In this document: positions 25,701-34,700 of the stretch, piece after piece | Layout: the number at the start of each line of letters is the position of its first letter | Numbering within the stretch: the stretch's first letter is position 1 | NCBI GenBank assembly: GCA_963514005.1 | Contig: OY740804.1 | Coordinates: 5,828,001 to 5,892,000, forward strand | Length of the DNA: 64,000 nt | Reading direction: 5' to 3' | DNA from: Raja brachyura | Lineage: Eukaryota | Position numbers and translations under genes: made by a program | Notes under the pieces: model-generated | Database searches by the model: none | The model's input: the letters and a program-made list of their open reading frames with translations, nothing else | What the model was told of the DNA's origin: nothing

Positions 25701-28700
25701 TCAGATTTGTCAGACATGATTTACCTTTCGTAAATCCATGCTGACTTTGTCCAATGATTTCACCACTTTCCAAATGCGCTGCTATCCCATCTTTAATAAC
25801 TGACTCTAGCAGTTTCCCCACTACCGATGTTAGACTAACTGGTCTGTAATTCCCCGCTTTCTCTCTCCCTCCTTTTTTAAAAAGTGGGGTTACATTAGCT
25901 ACCCTCCAATCCTCAGGAACTACTCCAGAATCTAAGGAATTTTGAAAAATTATCACTAATGCATCCACTATTTCTGTGGCTACCTCCTTGAGTACTCTGG
26001 GATGCAGACTATCTGGCCCTGGGGATTTATCGGCCTTCAATCCGTTCAATTTACCCAACACCACCTCCCGGCTAACCTGGATTTCACTCAGTTCCTCCAT
26101 CTTATTTGACCCCCGTTCCACTGCTATTTCCGGCAGATTATTTATGTCTTCCTTAGTGAAGACAGAACCAAAGTAGTTATTCAATTGGTCTGCCATGTCC
26201 TTGTTCCCCATGATCAATTCACCTGTTTCTGACTGCAAGGGACCAACATTTGTTTTAACTAGTCTCTTTCTCTTTACATATCTATAAAAACTTTTGCAGT
26301 CAGTTTTTATGTTCCCTGCCAGTTTCCTTTCATAATCTATTTTCCCTTTCCTAATTAAGCCCTTTGTCCTCCTCTGCTGGATTCTGAATTTCTCCCAGTC
26401 CTCCGGTAGGCTGCTTTTTCTGGCAAATTTGTATGCCTCATCTTTTGTTTTTATACTATCCCTGATTTCCCTTGTTATCCATGGATGCACCACCTTCCCC
26501 GATTTATTCTTTTGCCAAACTGGTATGAACAACTTTTGTACTTCATCCATGCAGTCTTTAAATACCTTCCATTGCACATCCACTGTCAACCCTTTAAGAA
26601 TCACCTGCCAGTCTATCTTGGCCAATTCACATCTCATACCTTCAAAGTTACCTTTGTTCAAGTTCAGAACCCTTGTTTCTGACTTAATTTTGTCACTCTC
26701 CATCCTAATGAAGAACTCAACCATATTATGGTCACTCTTGCCCAAGGGGCCACGCACAACAAGACTGCTAACTAACCCTTCCTCATTACTCAATACCCAG
26801 TCTAGAATAGCCTGCTCTCTCGTTGGTTCCTCCACATGTTGGTTGAGAAAACTATCCCGCATACATTCCAGGAAATCCTCTTCCTCAGCACCCCTGCCAA
26901 TTTGATTCACCCAATCTACATGCAGATTGAAGTCACCCATTATAACCGTGTTACCCTTGTTGCACGCATTTCTAATTTCCTGTTTGATGCCATCCCCAAC
27001 TCCAATACTACTGCTAGGTGGCCTGTACACAGTTCCCACTAGCGTTTTCTGCCCCTTAGAGTTTCGCAGCTCTACCCATATCGATTCCACATCCTCCACG
27101 CTAATGTCCTTCCTTTCTATTGCATTAATGTCCTCTCTCACCAGCAACGCTACCCCACCTCCTTTTCCTTTTCGTCTATCCCTCCTGAATATTGAATATC
27201 CCTGGATGTTTAGCTCCCAGCCTTGGTCATCCTGGAGCCAAGTCTCCGTGATTCCAACTATAGCATAGTCATTAATCGCTATCTGCACCTTCAACTCATC
27301 CACCTTATTACGAATGCTCCTCGCATTGAGACACAAAGCCTTCAGGCTTGTTTTTACAACACTCTTACTCCTTATACAATTATGTTGACAAGTGGCCCCT
27401 TTCACATCGATCCCTATTACACTTGGCCATACTCTCCTATCCCTTTGTGAGCTTTCTTCCCCGTTAATTCTGGGGTCATTAACCATCGCTTTACTCTCTT
27501 TCCCTCTAACTCCGTCCTCGACTATCCCATTTGATACCCCACCCCCCTTATTCAGTTTAAAACCATCCGTGTAGCAGTGGCAAACCTGCCGGCCAGAATG
27601 CTGGTCCCCCACCTGTTAAGATGCAATCCGTCCCTTTTGTACAGTTCCCCCTTACTATAAAAAAAATCCCAGTGATCTAAGAATCTAAATCCCTGCCCCC
27701 TGCACCAGTTCCTCAGCCACACATTCAGGTCCCATATCTCCCTGTTCCTGCTCTCGCCAGCACGAGGAACTGGAAGCAAACCGGAGATAACAACCCTGGA
27801 AGTCCTGCTTTTCAGCATTTTTCCGAGCTCTCTGAAGTCCCGCTGCAAAAAATTCATCTCCTTCTTTCCAACATCATTTGTGCCAACATGCACGACCACT
27901 TCCGGCTGGTCACCTTCGCCCTTGAGGATTGTCTGCACTCTGTCCGTAACATCCTGGATCCTGGCACCAGGAAGGCAGCACACCATCCTGGAATCCCGTC
28001 TGTTGCCGCAAAAACCCCTGTCCGTACCTCTCACAATGGAGTCTCCAACTACAATGGCGTTGCCCGACTTTGGCCTCTGTGGGTTTGGCTCATCAGCCCT
28101 TTTTGTTTGGCAAGCCAGTCCGCCGCTCAGTGGGATACCGTCTTCTGTCCCGGCAGCTTCCACGTGGGTGAACCTGTTCACAAGAGGTACAACACCCGGG
28201 GACCTTTGCATCCCATGTTTTCCTCCCTTTCTCACCGTCACCCACCTTCTCTCTTCTAGTGCCTTGGGTGTAACAATCTCACTGAAGGACTTGTCGAGAA
28301 ACGACTCAGTTTCTCGAATGAACCTGAGGTCATCCACTTGTTTCTCCAGTTCCCCAACACGGTCCTTCAGGAGCTGTACCTGGATGCACTTCTCACATTT
28401 GTAGCATCCAGAGGCACCAGCAGTGTCCTTGACCTCCCACATACTGCAAGCATCACACTGCATCAGCTTGCTTGACATCTTCTTTTGCCTCGGTCTCGCC
28501 CTATCCAGTATTTTGCGCAGCCTCCTCGCCGAAGACTCTCGAGCCAAAGACTCACACTTTACTCACAGGGCACTGCCCTCACAAGGCCGCTCCCTCACTG
28601 CCGCTCCCCAAGAGCTGCCTTGCTTATATTGACTGTTCAATTGCCTAATTTACAAACCAAATTCCTCAGTTTTGAGGAACTGCTTTCCCCCTCTGACTCA

Positions 28701-31700
28701 CTGAGAACTCTCCTCCCACTTGGGCTAGAGCCAATCAGTGCTTTCTCCTGCTTCTCTTTGTTGCTGTTGCTTCAAAATCCACGGGAAGACTGAGTGAAGT
28801 CTGCCTGTGCTTTGCCTCTCCTTTTTAACTGCTCTCCCCCTCTGACTCACTGAGAACTCTCCTCCCACTTGGGCTAGAGCCAATCAGTGCTTTCTCCTGC
28901 TTCTCTTTGTTGCTGTTGCTTCAAAATCCACGGGAAGACTGAGTGATATTATCAATATTAAAATTATGGATTATTGCCCATCTGTCAATACTTGGCTGCT
29001 GGGCTCCGGGAATAGTTTCCCCAGTGCTGGTGAAGGGCAGATTCCTGGCTGGAACTTCCTCTTATGTTTACACAATTTTAAACTAAGTTTGCAGTGACAT
29101 CGGTCCAAGCACTTTCACTTTCCCGCCATCATCTCCACATGACCGACACTCAAATATGGGAAGGGAACAGAACTTATCCATAAATGTAGCCACAGTTAAA
29201 TCCTCGATGACTGTGTCAGCTTTGGTCCACTGTGTTAATGTTGACCATTAAGTACCATCGATACGAATCCCATTTACCAGCACCCCACCCGCAGTCTTCT
29301 CAGACTTGACAATTCAAGTGTCTTCACCATCTAGCTTTTAAAAATTTTCGTTGCTCAGATACCCTCCAAATATTCTACTCCATAACTCAACCCTATGTTC
29401 TCCACTTCTACGCACATCTGCTGTGCTGATTTCACGCAAAGTACCCTATCTATGTTCCTAATAGTTTTACACACCTGTAATAGGTTCCCCCTTCATTTCC
29501 TGTGTGGATTAAAATCCCCATCTGTCCAGCCTCTCCTTCGAACTGTAATATTTCATCCCAGGCACTATCCCTCGCATGCAATCACATCCTTTAGTTCAGT
29601 TTAGACATCCAGCGAGGAAGCAGCTGCCTTTAACTAGTTCCATCCTACTAGTTCCATCCTACTCACCAGGAACAATTTACAGAAGGCAATTAACCTAAAA
29701 ACCTGCACGTCTTTAGATTGTGGGAGAATCCCGGACCACTTGAATAAAACCCACCAAGTCACATGGAGAACATACAAACTCCGTGCAGACAGTACCCGTA
29801 GTCAGGATTGAACTCGGGTCTCCTGGGCTGTACGACAGCAACTCAACTGGGCCACTGTGCCGCCTTACTGTTGGCGATCTGAGTCTTAACCAGTGGTCCA
29901 GCTTATCATGACAACATCTCCCATTTGCTGCAAATTACACTGAACAAACATTGCCCTGTCAATTAAACCTATAAACTCCTTATATCGGACAAACATGCTC
30001 TCTTGTTCAACTGCAAGTGAAAAGCAGCGAAACTAATTTTTATTTCCTTGTTCCAACAGGACTTGAACATTCTTGTGAAACTTCGAAAAGAACCAATTAT
30101 TCTTCAAGGTAAACTACTCTGTTTCCAACGAAAGGTGCCATCTACTAATTGCTGGTGTTTTGATTGGGGTTGCTTAAATTGGGAGAAAGTTGTGTCTTCC
30201 GTTCACTGGCATTAAAGGACCTTGACAGTATTGGTCTGAATGCACAGTGACACAGCCAGTGGAACCACTGCCTAACAATGCCAAGACCCTGAACTTAGCT
30301 GCCGTCTATGTGTGTTCTGCAAATTCCGCCTTTCATTGTGTTGGAAGGAACTGCAGATGCTGGTTTCAACTGAATATAGGCACAAAAAACTGAGTAACTC
30401 GGTGGGTCAGACAGCACCTTTGGAGAAAAGGGATAGGTGACGTTTCGGGTTGAGACCCTTCTTCAGAGTGAGAGTGGGGGGGAAGGGAACCAAGAGCGAT
30501 ATCGACGGCGATATAGAAAGGTATAAAACATTGAATGATAGATATGCAACAAAAGTAACGACGAAGAATGAAACGATTCATTGTTAGCTGTGGGCTAGGT
30601 GAAAACGAGTTGTATGGGCAATGAGACATTACAACACAACAGTGACATTCGTACAATGACTAGGGTGGTGGAGAGACGGGGAGAGAGAGGGGGTGCAGGG
30701 GTTATTTGAAGTTATAGAAATTAATATTTATACCGCTTGACTGTAAGATGCCCAAGCGAAATGTGTGGCGCTGTTAGTCCAATTTCCATTTGGCCTCACT
30801 CTGGCAATGGAGAAAGCCCAGAATAGACCAGTCAGTGTGGGAATGGGAGGGGGAGATAAAGAGTTTAGCAACTGGGAGGTCATATAGTCCCAGGCAGACT
30901 GAGTGTATGTGTTCAGTGAAACGATCGTGCAGTCAACGTTTGGTCTTGCTGATGTATACCAGTCCACACCTGATCCAATAGATGAGGTTCGAGGCAGTTC
31001 AAATAAATTCTTACGTACCTCAAATGACTGTTAAGTTCCTTGGACTGTCGAGGGAGGAGTTATAGGGACAGGTGTTGCATTTCCTGCAGTTGAACGGGAA
31101 GGTACCTGGGGAGAGGGTGGTTTGGATGGGTAAGGATGAGATCACCAGGGAGGTATAGGTCATAAGGTCATAAGGGATAGGAGTAGAATCGGGGCATTCA
31201 ACAGGGAACGGTCTCCTGCACACCACCTGGCTTTCAAATGCACTTGGACCATCTCCAAAACCTCCCTCCACTTTCTCGATCACACTGTCTCCATCACAGG
31301 AGATAGACTATCGGTGGATGTCTATTATAAACTGACTGACTCCCACAACTATCTAGACCACACTTCTTCTCAGAGGATTTGTGTAAATGTGGTTGATGGT
31401 CAGCGCAGACCTGAAGGGCCAAATGGCCTGTTTCCATACTGTTTCTCTTTGTGGATCCTATGAGGCCAAATATCAGAAAACATAACCAATGCTTTTGAAT
31501 GTGTTTCAAGCCTGACACCGAAAGATAAATTTATCTCCTAAACATTCTTCTGAACAAGAGTTCAGAAGAATGAGGGGGGACCTCCTTGAGACATACATAA
31601 TAGTGAAAGGCTTGGATAGAGTGAATGTGGAGGGTGTTTCCACCAGTGGGAGAGTCTAGGATTAGAGGACGTAGCCTCAGAATTAGATGTTCTTTTTAGG

Positions 31701-34700
31701 ACGGAGATGAGAAATATCTTCAGTTCAAGGGTGGTGAATCTGTGCAATTATTTGCCACAAAATGCTGCGAAGGCCAAGTCAGTGTATACATTTAAGGCAG
31801 AGATAGATAGATTATTCTTTCGTACAGGTGTTGGAGATTATGAGGAGAAGGCAGGAAATGGGGTTAGGTGGGAGAGAAAGATCAGTCATGATTGTATGGC
31901 GGAGTAAACTTGATGAGTTGATTGGCCTAATTCTGCTCCTATTCCTGATGATCTTATTCTATAATAATATAAGTATATAACTGGCAAACCAGATATTAGT
32001 TAACTCATCAGAAGGGAAATTGAACTTGTTTACATCTCATTGTGTTGTGCATATGCTAGGGTTATAAGAACAGGATCCTCCATTTGTTGCCATTCATAGC
32101 GAATACGGGCTGAAAAGATGAAGTACTAGGGAAAGCTGGCCAGGATATAAAGAAGGACAGTAAAAGCTTATTTAGATATGTTCAGGGGAAAAAAGTAGCA
32201 AAATCAGATGTGGGTCCCTTGAAGGCAGACATGGGTGAAATTATTATGGGGAACAAGGAAATGGCAGAGGAGTTGAACAGGTACTTCGAATCAGTCTTCA
32301 CTAAGGGAGACACAAACAATCTCCCAGAAGTACTGGAGGACAGAGGATCTAAGGGGGTAGAGGAACTGAAAGAAATGATCATTAGGAGAGAAATAGTATT
32401 GGTTAGGCTTATGGGACTGAAGGATGATAAATCCCCTGGGCCTGATGGTCTGCATCCCAGCGTCCTCAGCGAGGTGGCACTAGAAATAGTGGATGCGTTG
32501 GTGATCATTTTCCAATGTTCAATAGATTCAGGATCAGTTCCTGTGGATTGGAGGATAGCTAATGTTATTCCACTTTTCAAGAAAGGAGTGAGAGAGAAAA
32601 CGGAGAATACAGACCAGTTAGCCTGACTTCGGTGGTGGGAAAGATGCTGGAGTCAATCATTAAAGAGGTAATAATGGGTTATTTGGATAGCAGTAAAATA
32701 ATTAGTCCAAGTCAGCATGGATTTATGAAAAGAAAATCACGCTTGACTAATTTTCTGGAATTTTTTGATGATGTGACAAGTAAAATGGATGAAGGGGAGT
32801 CAGTGGAAGTAGTTTATCTAAACTTTCAGAAAGCCTTTGATAAGGTCCCACACGGGAAACTGGTGACTAAAATTAGAGCACATGATATTGGGGGTAGGGT
32901 GTTGACGTGGATATAAAATTGGTTGGCAGACAGGAAGCAAAGAGTAGGAGTGAACGGGTCCTTTTCAGAATGGCAGGCAGTGGCGAGTGGAGTGCCGCAA
33001 GGCTCGGTGTTGGGGCCACAACTGTTTACCACCTATTTCCTATGTTTCAATGTTTCCATGTTTCTATGTTTCGATAGGGCATTCCCTGCAGTATTCACCA
33101 TGACTTCTCCATCACTAACCTCACCCCATGGTGTGAGATGAGTATAGTTGCCAAACACAACTATTGCTGCTTTGCCTTGCTGTCACCTGCTCTGGTGTGG
33201 TACTGATAGGAAAATGCATAGTGAATGTTGGGCTAAAACACCACCTTGCAGAGTTGGTCCACCTAGAGCATGACCCTGTGTTGGAGGCACGTTAAGTCAC
33301 ATTGCTGACCTTGAGATAGTCATGGTGAGCCGCTTTCTGGAGATGTTCCATATTGCAGACAGCTCTAAATGAACAGTCAATGTCTAAACAAATGTTGGTG
33401 GACGTGGAGATGGAGTTGTAAATGGCATTGAGGTGAGATTTGTCGAATGAAGTGCATTGTTTTCACTTTGAATGGTGTTCTCTCCACTGAGGTTGCAACA
33501 GGGTTGTAGAACCGTGTTCACAAAGTGGTGATTTCAACGATAGCTCCAAATATTTGGGTAAATCCTTCAGTTACCACACCACTACAGTACTGAGGGAGGG
33601 TGCGTGCTAGCTATAAGATATGAAATCTCCAATAACAGTGGCATGGTGGGACAGCGATATAGTTGCTGTCTTATTGCCCCAGAGACTTATGTTCGATCCT
33701 GACTACGGTTGTTTTCTGTATGGAGTTTGTTCATTCTCTCAGTGACCATGTGGGTGTTCTCCAGGTGTTCGCGATTTCTCCCACATTCCAAAGACGTGCA
33801 GGTTTGTAGCTTAATTGGCTTCTGTAAATTGTCTCTAATGTTTAGGGTATATCTAATATATGGTGATTGCTGGTCGATGCAGATTTGGTGGGCCGAAAGT
33901 CATATTTCCATGCTGTATCTCTAAAATAAAATAAATTAAACTAAACTAAACTAAACCAAACTCAGCTGAACTAAACTAAAGTAATCATTGCTATTAAAAT
34001 GTAACAGTTCCCATGCATTGTTTGTGAAGGAGAAGGGTGGATTCCTTAATGGTTGGACGCAATTGCTCTTGAACCAGTTTCACGCTCGTTGGTCAATGTC
34101 ACCTTAATGTGAGCAGATTAGCTGCTGCATTTCCCACAGAAACAGATTCTACATGTAATTTCCTTTGCTGCACACTTTTATAAAATCATGAAGGGGGCCA
34201 TATAAATGCTTGACATTTGTTCTTTACTGAAGTCCAAGAATCAATGATGAGCCATGTCTCACCCTTCCCTATTCTCTGTCTGACAGGCTCACTTACATAT
34301 TTGCGTCTCGTGTCACTGTGTTTCTCCTGATTCTCATCATTGCCTTCTGTTGGTACCGAAAGCGTAAATCCAAAGGTGAGTTTCCAATTTCCCTTAATAA
34401 TTTCACAATACATGCCTCAGTTCCTTGCAGAATGTCAAGAGATTTAATTATGTTCTAATCAACAAATGCCCTGCATTAAAGTAATGAAGTGTAAAAGGAA
34501 GCATGAATGATCAATAATGCTATCATGTTTGATGCTATCATGGTGACACGGTGACAAAAACTGTTCTTTTAACATCATTGTACAGAAACTGTCTGAGTGT
34601 GAAATGGCAGAGTTGTGTGCGAAGTAAGAGGCTGGGTAGAAGTAAGATTTACATATTTACTCTAATTCTCTCAGCTGTTAGAATATGCTTTGTGTGATTA

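Larger units (their letters stand above)
24441..28948 (-). mobile_element. Full-length, apparently intact CR1-clade LINE
   Basis: ORF1 and ORF2 open; 3' (TTTCTATG)n tail; TTATCA target-site duplication at 24435-24440 and 28949-28954; empty site in gene B near 60385. Confidence 0.95.

Noticed and set aside
33092-33130. Possible extra phase 2-2 stalk exon in gene A (SIHHDFSITNLTP)
   Set aside because: Weak gtgtga donor, adjacent to a CR1 tail, no homolog in gene B, and not needed for frame
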